DNA of 64,000 nt, from assembly GCA_036918135.1 (NCBI GenBank), contig JBALDB010000011.1:64001-128000 (forward strand), read 5' to 3'. Below are positions 1 through 10,779 of this stretch, piece after piece; within the stretch, counting starts at the first letter, position 1, and each line of letters starts with the position of its first letter. Below the pieces are notes generated by a model that made no database searches, was not told the DNA's origin, and saw nothing but the letters and a program-made list of their open reading frames with translations. The position numbers and the translations under genes are program-made. The DNA is from Nostoc sp. Its GTDB lineage: Bacteria; Cyanobacteriota; Cyanobacteriia; Cyanobacteriales; Nostocaceae.

Positions 1-121
1 AATGGGTAGTTGTAAAATAACAAGATTGTGGTCTAAATACATGAAAACTATTGAATTTAAAATTGAAATTTCTATTCAGAATTAAATGTGAAATGTGATT
101 ACGAGCAAAACGGAGTCAAGT

Positions 122-187
122 GTACCACTTCCCTGCGGGACGCTACGCGAACGTGGAAGCAAGCTACGCAAAGCGTCTCGTAGAGAA
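122..187. repeat. Small dispersed repeat element, apparently nested
   Basis: GTACCACTT..GGAAGCAAGCTACGCAAAGCGTCTCGTAGAGAA resembles 58233-58278; contains an extra CCCTGCGGGACGCTACGCGAA segment. Confidence 0.5.
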
Positions 188-302
188 CTAGTCGCAAATA
201 TTTTATCTTACGTTTTTCAATGTAGACCTACTTACTATCAAACTTAGATTGAAGATGTACTATGAATAAAGTACAAAGTGAATAATTAGTTACTAATGAA
301 TA

Positions 303-1208
303 ATGATAAATCTAGAAAAGATTAGAAATCGAGAACAACGAACAGCATGGATTTTCTTACTACCTGCATTGTTATTGTTGTTACTCGTCTTTGGCTACCC
401 AATAGCTCGTGCTTTTTGGTTAAGTTTCTTTACTGAAAATTTAGGAACAAAGCTATTCCCTATCTTTTCTGGTTTTAATAACTACATACGCATGGTAGGA
501 GATGGTCGTTTTTGGCAGAGTTTTGGGACGACGATAGTATTCACTATATCAACAGTATTTCTTGAGTTATTACTCGGATTAGCTATTGCTTTGGTATTGA
601 ATAAGCAGTTTTTTGGCAGAGATGTAGTGCGTACAATTGCAATTTTACCTTGGGCATTGCCTACTGCCCTTATTGGTCTTGCTTGGGCTTGGATTTTTAA
701 CGATCAGTTTGGAGTTGTCAATGATATTCTGCTACAGCTAGGCTTGATTAAAGCTGGAATTAACTGGTTAGGAGATCCTCTACTAGCTATGATAGCCATA
801 ATTGTTGCAGATGTATGGAAAACAACTCCATTTATTAGTGTCTTGCTATTAGCTGGTTTACAATCTATTTCTCCCGATTTGTATGAAGCTCATATGATTG
901 ATGGCGCTACACCTTGGCAAAGTTTCTACAAAGTTACCTTACCTTTACTAATGCCACAAATCCTGATCGCTGTATTATTTAGATTTGCTCAGGCTTTTGG
1001 AATTTTTGATTTGATTGCTGTGATGACCGGGGGAGGGCCGGGTGGTGCAACAGAGGTAGTAGCATTGTATATCTACTCCACCATTATGCGCTATTTAGAC
1101 ATTGGGTATGGAGCAACATTAGTTATTTGTACTTTTATATTACTAACTGTGACGGTTGCTATTGTTAGTTTTTTACTTAAAAAATTTCAAATTAATACTT
1201 TTGAATAA
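303..1208 (+). CDS. Carbohydrate ABC transporter permease (MalF-like)
   Basis: Multi-TM protein with EAA-like loop (LYEAHMIDGATPWQSFYKVTLPLLMP) and MTGGGP motif. Confidence 0.9.
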   Translation: MINLEKIRNREQRTAWIFLLPALLLLLLVFGYPIARAFWLSFFTENLGTKLFPIFSGFNNYIRMVGDGRFWQSFGTTIVFTISTVFLELLLGLAIALVLNKQFFGRDVVRTIAILPWALPTALIGLAWAWIFNDQFGVVNDILLQLGLIKAGINWLGDPLLAMIAIIVADVWKTTPFISVLLLAGLQSISPDLYEAHMIDGATPWQSFYKVTLPLLMPQILIAVLFRFAQAFGIFDLIAVMTGGGPGGATEVVALYIYSTIMRYLDIGYGATLVICTFILLTVTVAIVSFLLKKFQINTFE

Positions 1209-1270
1209 CTGCAAACTTAGCCGCTAATAATATTTAAATTATCAAATTTATTTAACAATTAATCATAAAA

Positions 1271-1389
1271 TTTGGCGTTGCTGAATCACAATATTAAATT
1301 TAAAAATCAATTTTTCTCAATTCTTACTCTCTGCGACTGAGTAGCTGGAGTGTGACATTAATTGATATTGCCACTCAGCAATGCCTAAA
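1271..1389. mobile_element. MITE-like element
   Basis: Imperfect terminal inverted repeats TTGGCGTTGCTGAAT / ACTCAGCAATGCCTAA, non-coding interior. Confidence 0.5.
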
Positions 1390-1413
1390 ATTTTAACTAA
1401 AAATTCTAAATTT

Positions 1414-1446
1414 TGAGTCACCAAAGTTAAGAGCTTCGGTGACTCA
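1414..1446 (-). terminator. Intrinsic terminator-like hairpin downstream of porin
   Basis: TGAGTCACC...GGTGACTCA stem about 20 nt past the porin stop codon. Confidence 0.55.
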
Positions 1447-1465
1447 GTACTATTTGAGTTAGCCT

Positions 1466-3253
1466 CTAAAACGTGAAAGTCGTTCTTAGCGTACCGATAA
1501 TTGCATCATCGTTAGCGCTGTTTTGACCAGGAGAGGTCAACCAAATCACGCCAGGGGTAATTGAGATATTATCTGAGACGCGATATCTATAGAAGCCTTC
1601 AAAGTGATAAGGCAGATCGTTACCAACAAAGCCTGGTCGATTACGGGAATAAGGTTCTACACCAGCAAAAACACCCAGTACGTTACCTTTTTTACCGAAG
1701 TCAGGTAAAGCTACTCCAGCACCGTAACTCCAAGCTTCATAATCATCATCTGCACCGAAGCCTGTGACATCATGATAAGAAATGAAGCCACTAATTGACA
1801 ATTTGTCACTAGGTCTGAAAGCTGCTTCTACACCATAAGAATTACTGGAAGATGCGTTTAGGGCAGTTAGGGTGTTAGCTTGACCCGTACCTACAAAGCG
1901 GTTAGTGCTACCCAAACCACCACCTAGATCGAATAAATTACCGCCTCCAGCACCATGATACCCGTGAACGTAGGTAGCAGCGATCGCTAAGCTATCGCCA
2001 ATACTAAAGTTCAACTGTCCTAAAGCAGCATAGTTACCCTCGAACAAACCTGCATTTAGCCCAGGCTCATTAGCATTTGACGCCAAGTAGCCTACAGTGA
2101 GCGAACTTGGTCTCAAAATGCTACCACCCTTACCAAAGGGTAAAGTTACTGCTGCGCCGGCACCACCACCTATGCGATAGATGGGACTTTCAGAAGCAAA
2201 GGAAGATAAGGCTCCATTACCACCATCGTAGTCCTCAAAGTAAGGGTTATTAGTGGCAACATAATCGCTGTGAATACCTCCGGTGGCCGCAAAGTAAACT
2301 TGGGCCGGGCCTATGGGTACGTAATACGCTAGCCAGTCTATAGCCACACTGTTGCTACCAGTGCTGCCGATTTGAAAAGTTTGTACGCCTTCGGCAGTAT
2401 CGATGGGCAAACCAGCATCATCCACTTGTGTAAAGGGTACTATATTTCCAGCTGCAAGACGTGTGTGCAGGACATCTCTACCCGTGAAGCTGGTTTGCAA
2501 GTCTAAACGTACCCTATCTTGGAAGACGGTATTGTTAGCATCACCAGTGTTACCGCCAAATATATCAGTAACCGCAAAAATACCTTCACCCACCAATTTT
2601 GTGGTAGTGGAAAACTGATTTGCTTCTAATTCAGCAGTACGTGCTTCTAAAGCATCTACTCGACCACGCAGAGTTGCTAACTCAGCTGAAAATTCTTCTT
2701 GCAAACGTTGGAGGGTTGCCAAATCCTGCTTCGTCACCAAGTCAGCGGTTGCTGTGGCAATCAGTTCATTAACCCGATCTAAACAAGCGTTTAAACCTGC
2801 GGCAAACTCATAACGAGTCATTGCTCGGTTACCACGGTAAGTGCCATTAGGGTATCCTGCAATACAACCGTAGCGTTCAACCAGGGATTGCAAAGCTTGG
2901 AATGCCCAGTCAGTTGGCTGTACGTCAGAAAACTGAGAAACTGATGTAACTTGAGACTGTGAATTTCGCTTCTTGCCTTCGTTGCTGTAGCGGTTAACCT
3001 GTTCTAAGACTTTATTATCATCATTATCATCAATTTTTGCTTGGGCAACCAAAAATCGATCGCCAGTTGGTTGCTCTGTTTTGAGCGATAGTGAAGCGCC
3101 AATAGCTTTTGGTGCTTCTGTCTGAACAGCTTTTGCTTTTGCATCTTTAAAAGAGCTTACTACTTCTGTAGCGATCGCCCTAGCGGAAACTAACACCGTC
3201 ACTCCCAAAACTACTGGACTTAGTACCAGAGTTTTCCACAATAAATGAGACAT
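1466..3253 (-). CDS. Cyanobacterial outer-membrane porin (SLH domain + OprB-like barrel)
   Basis: Signal peptide, SLH (FSDVQPTDWAFQALQSLVERYGCIAGYP), coiled coil, QFSTTTKL, C-terminal LRTTFTF. Confidence 0.93.
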   Translation of the reverse strand: MSHLLWKTLVLSPVVLGVTVLVSARAIATEVVSSFKDAKAKAVQTEAPKAIGASLSLKTEQPTGDRFLVAQAKIDDNDDNKVLEQVNRYSNEGKKRNSQSQVTSVSQFSDVQPTDWAFQALQSLVERYGCIAGYPNGTYRGNRAMTRYEFAAGLNACLDRVNELIATATADLVTKQDLATLQRLQEEFSAELATLRGRVDALEARTAELEANQFSTTTKLVGEGIFAVTDIFGGNTGDANNTVFQDRVRLDLQTSFTGRDVLHTRLAAGNIVPFTQVDDAGLPIDTAEGVQTFQIGSTGSNSVAIDWLAYYVPIGPAQVYFAATGGIHSDYVATNNPYFEDYDGGNGALSSFASESPIYRIGGGAGAAVTLPFGKGGSILRPSSLTVGYLASNANEPGLNAGLFEGNYAALGQLNFSIGDSLAIAATYVHGYHGAGGGNLFDLGGGLGSTNRFVGTGQANTLTALNASSSNSYGVEAAFRPSDKLSISGFISYHDVTGFGADDDYEAWSYGAGVALPDFGKKGNVLGVFAGVEPYSRNRPGFVGNDLPYHFEGFYRYRVSDNISITPGVIWLTSPGQNSANDDAIIGTLRTTFTF

Positions 3254-3616
3254 TTTTTATTTTCCTTTCCCAAAAAAGACCTAAAATCGGTGGGTTCAAG
3301 AAAAAGAGAATAAGCAATTATTCTACTTGTTGAAAATCTTATCAGATTGGAGTCAACTAAAGCTATATCTGTGAGACTTTTGAAGGATGAAGAATCGTAA
3401 AGCTTGGTAGAAGATGGCTTGTTTGATAAATCAAGCGTTGTCAGAATTTAGCACCCTGGAGTCAGAAGTCAGAATTTAGGATGATTAGTTTGTTGATTCA
3501 TCATCATGTTCTCGTGAATTCTGATGCCAAGCCACAAAGCGTCTCCAGCTTGGCTGTTGAATTGTAAAAAAGTCTTTGTTCTAGTATCTTGCTAGATTAT
3601 AAATTAAACAACTCTA

Positions 3617-3994
3617 TCAAGATTTGTAGTCAGAGCAATTAAATGCTTCTTTGGTTAGAGCAATAGAAGGATGCACTGCACATTTCAGATAAGAATTGTT
3701 ATTAAAAAAATGACACTTTTTACAGGGATGCTGCTGTACAGGTTTGATGTTTACTATTTCCTCTTTATCTTCTATTATATTTTGTGGGGGATCTTCTAGT
3801 GCTTTGCAGAAACATGAAACAAGATAAACAACGATTACCCAAGCAATCATGAAGCAAACGTGAGCTAAAAACACTGCTACAAAGGAAATATCTCCGTCCC
3901 GTACTTTTGTGTGATTATATGTTGTTTCAATCGGTTTAACTTCAATCAAGGTAGACTGATGAAGACTCTTATGGTTAAATAAATTTTGAATCAT
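3617..3994 (-). CDS. Small membrane protein with C-terminal Cys cluster (CxxC..CAVHP..C)
   Basis: One TM segment followed by PCKKCHFFNNNSYLKCAVHP...NCSDY. Confidence 0.65.
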   Translation of the reverse strand: MIQNLFNHKSLHQSTLIEVKPIETTYNHTKVRDGDISFVAVFLAHVCFMIAWVIVVYLVSCFCKALEDPPQNIIEDKEEIVNIKPVQQHPCKKCHFFNNNSYLKCAVHPSIALTKEAFNCSDYKS

Positions 3995-4580
3995 TTGAAT
4001 TGAGAGATTGCTTGTTTGTTGGTTGAGCTGACAATAAGCAATTGTTGAGTGAATAGTAAAGAGAATGAATTTTTAGAGAGTGACTTTGAGAGCAAGAACT
4101 ATCATCGGATGAATTGCGATCGCTAAGATGTAATCTCCAGCACAAATAATAGAATTCTCCATTGTTGATATGACTTGATTTTTCTTAAAATTACCAAAAC
4201 AATATATTTAGTTAATAACTAAGCTTGAGTTAAATAAATATTATATTAAATTCTATTTGTAGAACTTAAAACACCAAATAGGCTAGACTTAAAGCTTTTT
4301 AAGACATATTTTTATTTAACTCTAATAATATTGTCCAACAATTTCTCCCAAAGTATATCTATCTAAAATATATTTTGAAAGTATATTGATTAGATTAAAA
4401 TAAACAAGATATATATTTATTGATTAGTTAAAAAGGTATATATTTAGAGATATAGCCGTACTTACATAGATGAGGACATAATGACAAGCGTGAATACTAG
4501 CAACAGTAATAGTTTTACCTCCTATCTCCTGTCTCCTGCTATATATTTTTGCTATATAAATTTAATTTTTACCAATAAAA

Positions 4581-4613
4581 ACAACCCCAATTTACCTAAT
4601 AAATCGGGGTTGT
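4581..4613 (-). terminator. Hairpin downstream of kdpC
   Basis: ACAACCCC...GGGGTTGT stem flanked by an A-tract (U-tract on minus strand). Confidence 0.55.
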
Positions 4614-4655
4614 AAGGCTTGAATAAATAGCTTTTTTTAGCCAATTTTTATATTT

Positions 4656-5294
4656 CTATCCATTGATTTTATCCAAAGCTAAATTTAACTTCAATACATT
4701 AACTCCAGGCTCACCAAAGATGCCGAGAAAGCGAGCGTCGGTGTTTTGAGCAATTAAAGTTTCTAGTTGATTCGGTTGAACTCCCCGCGCTTTGGCTACT
4801 CGTGCAATTTGCGCTTTGGCGGCTTCGGGGGTGATGTGGGGGTCGAGGCTGGAACCAGAGGTGTAGACTAAATCGGCAGTCGGCTGTACGCCTGCTGTTT
4901 TCAGACGATTCAAGTCACCCTCAACTTTTTTGGTGGGGTCTGGGTCATCTTTTCCTTTAATGCGTTCTAGTAAGGCGGGATTACTGGGAGCTAAGTTACT
5001 AGCACCGGAAACTCCGGTTAGTAAAACTCCTGCATCGTCTTTTTTGGGATCGGCGGTGCTGTAGCTGGTGGTGCTGGGACGGCTGTTAAAATAGCGATCG
5101 CTACTAAAAGGTTGACCAATCAAGGCAGAACCGACAACTTGACCTGTACTATTTGTCAGTAGACTACCATTAGCTTGAAAGGGAAACACAATCTGTCCAA
5201 TGGCAATCATCAAAAAAGGATAAATAATCGCTCCTATTACCCAGAGTACCAAGGTTGAACGAATAGCTCTGCTGGCTTCGCGTGCAAAACTCAT
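4656..5294 (-). CDS. kdpC: K+-transporting ATPase subunit C
   Basis: Start MSFAREAS overlaps upstream stop (TAATG); FQANGSL, SGASNLAPSN, SGSSLDPHI, GEPGVNVLKLNLALD motifs. Confidence 0.95.
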   Translation of the reverse strand: MSFAREASRAIRSTLVLWVIGAIIYPFLMIAIGQIVFPFQANGSLLTNSTGQVVGSALIGQPFSSDRYFNSRPSTTSYSTADPKKDDAGVLLTGVSGASNLAPSNPALLERIKGKDDPDPTKKVEGDLNRLKTAGVQPTADLVYTSGSSLDPHITPEAAKAQIARVAKARGVQPNQLETLIAQNTDARFLGIFGEPGVNVLKLNLALDKING

Positions 5295-5563
5295 TAGAAT
5301 TTCTCCGGTACAAACATCACAAAAAATAAATAAATAGAAAGTCCTACTGTCACTAGTCCTAACAGTCCCACTCCCCAAGCTTGACTGCGCGTTAGTTGTT
5401 CGCTTGTGGCAGCATAAACTACAGGTGCAACTATTAAGTTGAAGCACATTGCTAAAAATAAATACAGTGGCAGCTTTTGTTTACGCCATTGACACCAGAT
5501 TTCAGTTATTGCTTCTGATACTTGGGATACAGAGATAGTGGGTTGTAGATGAAAGAATTTCAT
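5294..5563 (-). CDS. kdpF: Extended KdpF-like small membrane subunit (cyanobacterial KdpG-type)
   Basis: 89 aa, two TM segments, C-terminus YLFFVMFVPEKF matches KdpF; lies between kdpB and kdpC. Confidence 0.75.
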   Translation of the reverse strand: MKFFHLQPTISVSQVSEAITEIWCQWRKQKLPLYLFLAMCFNLIVAPVVYAATSEQLTRSQAWGVGLLGLVTVGLSIYLFFVMFVPEKF

Positions 5564-5570
5564 AAATAAA

Positions 5571-7712
5571 TTAAGACAAGGGCAAAATTATATCTATCAG
5601 TTTGATGGCAATGAAAGGAGCAATGATACCACCAACGCCGTAAATAAAGATGTTGCGGCGTAGCAATTGGTCTGCCGACAGAGGCAAGAACTTCACACCT
5701 TTAAGTGCTAAAGGAATTAGTGCCGGAATAATCAAGGCGTTGTAAATTAGTGCCGAGACGATCGCAGATTGAGCGCTTTTGAGTCCCATAATATTAAGTG
5801 CGCCGATTCCAGCCGCAGCAAAGATAGTCGGAATAATCGCAAAATATTTGGCGATATCGTTGGCAATGGAGAATGTTGTCAATGCTCCACGAGTAATCAG
5901 CAGTTGTTTACCAATAGTTACTAAATCAATCAACTTGGTGGGGTCAGAATCTAAGTCCACCATGTTAGCAGCTTCTTTAGCAGCTTGTGTCCCAGAGTTC
6001 ATCGCCAAACCCACGTTTGCTTGAGCTAAAGCAGGTGCATCATTAGTGCCATCCCCAGTCATTGCCACCAGTTTACCCTGGGATTGTTCGGAGCGAATCA
6101 CTTCAATTTTGTCTTCTGGAGTTGCTTCGGCGATAAAATCATCAACTCCAGCTTCTTCAGCAATCACCGACGCCGTAATCCGATTATCGCCTGTGAGCAT
6201 GACGGTACGAACACCCATCCGGCGGAGTTGGTCAAACCGTTCCTGCAAACCCGGTTTGACAATATCTTTGAGGTAAATTACACCATAAATTTTGTCATCC
6301 TGGCAAACAGCTAAGGGTGTACCCCCTAACCGGGAAACTCGCTCATTAGCTGCATCTATATCATCGGGAATGTAACCGCCACGAGAACGGACAAATCCTT
6401 TAATGGCATCCACCGCACCCTTGCGAACTTGTTTGCCATCGGGTAAATTTGTCCCACTCATGCGGGTTTTGGCGGAAAATTCCACACCTTCGGCTTTATC
6501 AAGATTAAAAACTACCGCAGCCTGGGATGTTTCTGCTAATGCCACAATTGACTTACCCTCTGGGGTATCGTCAAATAAGCTAGCAGCTAAGGAAACTTGG
6601 GCCACATCTGCGATTGAATGATTATCCAGGGGAATAAACTCATCAGCCATCCGGTTACCTAAGGTGATTGTCCCTGTCTTATCTAGCACCAAAGTGTTGA
6701 TATCGCCACAAGCTTCTACTGCTCGACCAGAGGTAGCAATGACGTTAAATTGAGCAACCCTGTCCATTCCAGCAATACCGATCGCACTGAGCAAACCACC
6801 AATAGTTGTGGGAATCAAAGCTACCAGTAATGAAATTAAAATCGCAACGCTAGCACCCGCACGCAAATTATTTCCCGCTTCAGTTCCAAATACGCTACTG
6901 ATAAAATTGGCGATATAGCTGACAAATGGTGGCATTGTCGCCACTACAATTAAGAACACCTGTGTCAGCACTGCTAGCAATACTGTCAAGGCAATCTCAT
7001 TGGGAGTTTTGCTGCGTTCTGCTCCTTCCACCAGTGAGATCATGCGGTCAATAAAGCCTTGACCGGGATCGGCAGTAATCTTAATCGTCAACTCATCGGA
7101 AAGTAGACGCGTACCTCCTGTGACCGAACTAGCTATATCTGTACCTGGTTGCTTCAATACAGGCGCAGATTCCCCAGTAATCGCAGACTCATCTACTGAG
7201 CCAATACCTTTAATTACCTCGCCATCGGCGGGAATCAAATTATTGGCAATCACCTTTACTAAATCGCCCCGCCGCAGTTCCGTAGAATTGACTTTTTCAA
7301 TGGAACCATCAGGGAGGATTTTATTAGCGATTGTATCCGATCGCGTTGTTCTTAGTGAATCAGCTTGAGCTTTGCCACGTCCTTCAGCTACAGCTTCCGC
7401 AAAGTTGGCAAAAACGAGTGTGAAAAACAAAATAAAGGTAATCAACCCATTTAACAAGCGTTGTTGGTTGACATTTGCCTCGACTGTACTAAACAAATTT
7501 GGGTTTAGGGTCACTAAAAATGTGACAATTGTCCCCACCCAAACAACAAACATAACAGGGTTTTTCACAGTAATTCGCGGGTCGAGCTTGACAAATGACT
7601 CACGAATTGCTCTTTGGTAAATTCCCCGCATATCTGCCTTGGGGGTATGCTTACGCGAGTCACGAGTTCCCGATGGCACGTGGGGCGAATGAGAATTAGT
7701 AGTACTTGGCAT
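5571..7712 (-). CDS. kdpB: K+-transporting ATPase subunit B (P-type ATPase)
   Basis: DKTGTIT, TGES and [10 protein letters not shown] motifs, KNPVMF N-terminus. Confidence 0.97.
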   Translation of the reverse strand: MPSTTNSHSPHVPSGTRDSRKHTPKADMRGIYQRAIRESFVKLDPRITVKNPVMFVVWVGTIVTFLVTLNPNLFSTVEANVNQQRLLNGLITFILFFTLVFANFAEAVAEGRGKAQADSLRTTRSDTIANKILPDGSIEKVNSTELRRGDLVKVIANNLIPADGEVIKGIGSVDESAITGESAPVLKQPGTDIASSVTGGTRLLSDELTIKITADPGQGFIDRMISLVEGAERSKTPNEIALTVLLAVLTQVFLIVVATMPPFVSYIANFISSVFGTEAGNNLRAGASVAILISLLVALIPTTIGGLLSAIGIAGMDRVAQFNVIATSGRAVEACGDINTLVLDKTGTITLGNRMADEFIPLDNHSIADVAQVSLAASLFDDTPEGKSIVALAETSQAAVVFNLDKAEGVEFSAKTRMSGTNLPDGKQVRKGAVDAIKGFVRSRGGYIPDDIDAANERVSRLGGTPLAVCQDDKIYGVIYLKDIVKPGLQERFDQLRRMGVRTVMLTGDNRITASVIAEEAGVDDFIAEATPEDKIEVIRSEQSQGKLVAMTGDGTNDAPALAQANVGLAMNSGTQAAKEAANMVDLDSDPTKLIDLVTIGKQLLITRGALTTFSIANDIAKYFAIIPTIFAAAGIGALNIMGLKSAQSAIVSALIYNALIIPALIPLALKGVKFLPLSADQLLRRNIFIYGVGGIIAPFIAIKLIDIILPLS

Positions 7713-7766
7713 AGATTAAATTATGGAAATAGGGGATTGGGCGTCCGGCAGAAGTCTTTAAACTGA

Positions 7767-8045
7767 ATTAATGGAGTTCTGAGGTTCATTAATGAGTATC
7801 AAAGACTCATTAATGGAGTTCCGAGGTGGATTAATGAATATAAAAGACTCATTAATGGAGTTCTGAGGTGGATTAATGAATATAAAAGACTCATTAATGG
7901 AGTTCTGAGGTGGATTAATGAGTATCAAAGACTCATTAATGGAGTTCCGAGGTGGATTAATGAATATAAAAGACTCATTAATGGAGTTCTGAGGTGGATT
8001 AATGAGTATCAAAGACTCATTAATGGAGTTCTGAGGTGGATTAAC
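7767..8045. repeat. 21/42-bp tandem repeat array between kdpA and kdpB
   Basis: 13 alternating 21-bp units ATTAATGGAGTT(C/T)(C/T)GAGGTGG and ATTAATGA(A/G)TAT(A/C)AAAGACTC. Confidence 0.9.
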
Positions 8046-8098
8046 GAGTTTCTATAATTTTTTTGTTCTCCATCTCCCATCTCCCCACCTCTCCACTC

Positions 8099-9844
8099 CT
8101 ACCCAATACCTTTGGCAATAAAAAAGGCTTCACCAATGGGGCCTAATGCTAATACTGGGAAGAATGTAAGTGCGCCTAGAATTAAAATCACACCTGCGGT
8201 AACCCCTGTAAATAATCCGGTATCAGTTCGCAATGTCCCAGTGGTGTAGGGAACAGCTTGTTTGCGAGACATGCTATCTGCTAAGAACAGTAAACCTAGC
8301 ACAGGAATATAGCGTCCTGCCAGTAAACTAAAGCAGGTACTCAAGTTCCACCACAGTGCAGTTGCAGTGGTTTTTGTGCCTGTAGCTATTGCTAACGGCG
8401 AAGGTTGGGAATCGCCTAAGCCTTCAAACCCAGAACCATTGTTAGCAGCAGCGGAGGCGTATTCGTAGATAACTTGAGCAAAGCCGTGGAAACCAGGATT
8501 GCTAATTCCTGATAGTTGGTCGGGAAATGCTAAGGCGATACCTGCGGGAATCATAATAGCAATGGGGTGAACTAACAAAATCAAGAAACTAGCCAGTACA
8601 ACTTCCCGCTTCTCAATTTTGCGTCCGAGAAATTCTGGTGTGCGTCCCACCATTAATCCTGTAGCGAATACTGCCAGAATCAAGTAAGCAAATAGGTAAG
8701 CGGTTCCTGTACCCTGTCCACCCCAGATAATTTGCAAAAACATGTTGGAAAGGGTAATAAAACCGCCGTTGGGCATGAAGGAGTCGTGTAAACTGTTGAC
8801 AGCACCGCACATTGTACCGGTTGTACTGACCGCGAATAGCACAGATTGCGCCCAACCAAATCGGACTTCTTTACCCTCTAAATTCGGCTGCTGACTTCCC
8901 AACAATGCATTCACAGCTGGATTGCCGTTATATTCGCCAATGGCTGTAACGATAATAAATGCTACATAAAGCACGCCCACCATACCATAAACTAACCAAG
9001 CTTGCTTAGTGTTGTTAGCAAACAAGCCATAGGTGTAGATTAAGGAAGTGGGAATCGAAAGCATGGCGACAATTTGAATTAAGTTACTCAATCCGTTGGG
9101 ATTTTCAAAGGGGTGTGCTGAGTTGATGGCGAAAAAGCCGCCGCCGTTTTCACCTAATTGCTTGATAATTTCAAAATGGGCAACAGGGCCGCGAGCGATC
9201 GCCTGACTAATGTTAGGATTTTCCAAAGTAGGAAACACCGCAACACCCGCCAGTGTTTCTGGCACACCAGCCGCCATCAAAACAATCCCACCCACAATAC
9301 AAATAGGCAGCAAAATTCGTATAATCGAGCGAATTAAGTCTACATAAAAGTTGCCTAATGGTCTACCAGTTAATCCTCGAATAAAGGCAATTCCTACAGC
9401 CAAACCAGTCGCCGCTGAGGTAAACATGTGATAACCAAGTCCCCAGATTTGGCTGGCATAACTCATGTAAGTCTCACCAGAATAATGCTGCTGGTTGGTG
9501 TTAGTAATAAAGGAAATAGTAGTATGCAGTACTGTATCCCAAGTTGGCGCATTTATCTTAGTTGGGTTGAATGGCAGCCATCTTTGATTGATGATAATTA
9601 AGAAAATCAGCAACCCCATTGCAACATTGCTATACAAGATTGCCCGCCCATACTGCCAACCCGTCATATTTTCTTTAGCTTTAACGCCAACCAAGGAATA
9701 AAGCACTCGCTCAACTGGATTTAAAATTGGGTCGAGAAAAGTACTTCGTTCTAGGTAGACACGCGCCATATAGCGCCCAAAAAATGGAGTAATTGCTACT
9801 ACAATTAGTAGCGTGAATATAATTTGAATCCATCCTTCTAGCAT
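8099..9844 (-). CDS. kdpA: K+-transporting ATPase subunit A
   Basis: [57 protein letters not shown] motifs. Confidence 0.97.
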   Translation of the reverse strand: MLEGWIQIIFTLLIVVAITPFFGRYMARVYLERSTFLDPILNPVERVLYSLVGVKAKENMTGWQYGRAILYSNVAMGLLIFLIIINQRWLPFNPTKINAPTWDTVLHTTISFITNTNQQHYSGETYMSYASQIWGLGYHMFTSAATGLAVGIAFIRGLTGRPLGNFYVDLIRSIIRILLPICIVGGIVLMAAGVPETLAGVAVFPTLENPNISQAIARGPVAHFEIIKQLGENGGGFFAINSAHPFENPNGLSNLIQIVAMLSIPTSLIYTYGLFANNTKQAWLVYGMVGVLYVAFIIVTAIGEYNGNPAVNALLGSQQPNLEGKEVRFGWAQSVLFAVSTTGTMCGAVNSLHDSFMPNGGFITLSNMFLQIIWGGQGTGTAYLFAYLILAVFATGLMVGRTPEFLGRKIEKREVVLASFLILLVHPIAIMIPAGIALAFPDQLSGISNPGFHGFAQVIYEYASAAANNGSGFEGLGDSQPSPLAIATGTKTTATALWWNLSTCFSLLAGRYIPVLGLLFLADSMSRKQAVPYTTGTLRTDTGLFTGVTAGVILILGALTFFPVLALGPIGEAFFIAKGIG

Positions 9845-10206
9845 TGGATTATTCCAACTCCGGCATTAATTATGTTGAGATAACTATTCGATATCTTTTT
9901 GCAAAAAACAAAAAATACAGAAGAATTAATTACTGATTTATCAATATGTACTTTTCAAGTCAATCATGAGGCTTTTTTTTGGGAAAAACAAGGTATAAAT
10001 TTATATTTAAACTTTGATATATGAGTAATATAGTTTTTCATAAATATAAATTTGTAGAGTGTTTATTTTGATATATACCTGTAAATATATAAATCCTAAA
10101 TTATCTGTAAAAACTGAGATACCCGACTTCTTTGAGAGGTAATCTACCAGTAGACGGCTTTCCACGAGATAATAACAAAGCCTTGCCAGATGACTATCTA
10201 TTATCA

Positions 10207-10749
10207 ATGTCCTTTGATAACCTGTGCAAACTACTTTCCGAAAAACATCCCCTCAATTTTGCTAGTTGGGTTTTGGGTATACCCTTCGGGTTCGCCAGTC
10301 GCCTGCGGAGGGAAACCCTCCCGCAGCGCTGGACTCACCGCAAACTTCTGTGAAAGTCCTCAAAACCGAATTAAGCATTGAACCGATTCGTGCAGATTAT
10401 GTTACGTTTTTACAACTACAAGAACGTATTCTCCACCTGGAATTTCAAACCAAACTAGAATCTACACCACCGCTACCCCTGCGGATGCTCAATTACTGGG
10501 TACGCTTGTATCGTTTGTATCGTCTACCCGTAACGCAAGTTGTGAGGACGGCAAGCAGAGGCGCGATCGCTCATTGTTCGTCAACTTACTCGACTGTTGG
10601 GAGAATTACCCAAAGAGGTGTTAGAACGGATTGAAACTCTCTCCTTAGAACAATTAGAAAATCTTGGAGAAGCTTTGTTAGATTTTCAGGCGATGCCTAC
10701 GGCGGTAAACTACGCAGATTTAGAAGCCTGGTTTAGTGCATTAGACTAG
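10207..10749 (+). pseudogene. Rpn-family (putative transposase-like) / DUF4351 pseudogene
   Basis: MSFDNLCKLLSEKHP..., TELSIEPIRAD, LHLEFQT..PLRM, then in another frame RQLTRLLGEL..LSLEQLENLGEALLDF..DLEAW; palindromic insertion, internal deletion and frameshifts. Confidence 0.8.
10282..10340. repeat. Palindromic small element interrupting the Rpn pseudogene
   Basis: CCAGTCGCCTGCGGAGGGAAACCCTCCCGCAGCGCTGG hairpin; related to 34925-35020. Confidence 0.7.
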
Positions 10750-10779
10750 CACAAGGATCGTTATTAAAACTCCATTGAG

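Noticed and set aside
5295..5447. 51-aa N-terminal extension of KdpC in the ORF track
   Set aside because: Overlaps the kdpF/G gene; the ATG at 5294 gives a normal KdpC
7758..8012. 84-aa ORF MILINPPQNSINES...
   Set aside because: Translation of the 42-bp tandem repeat; no independent coding evidence
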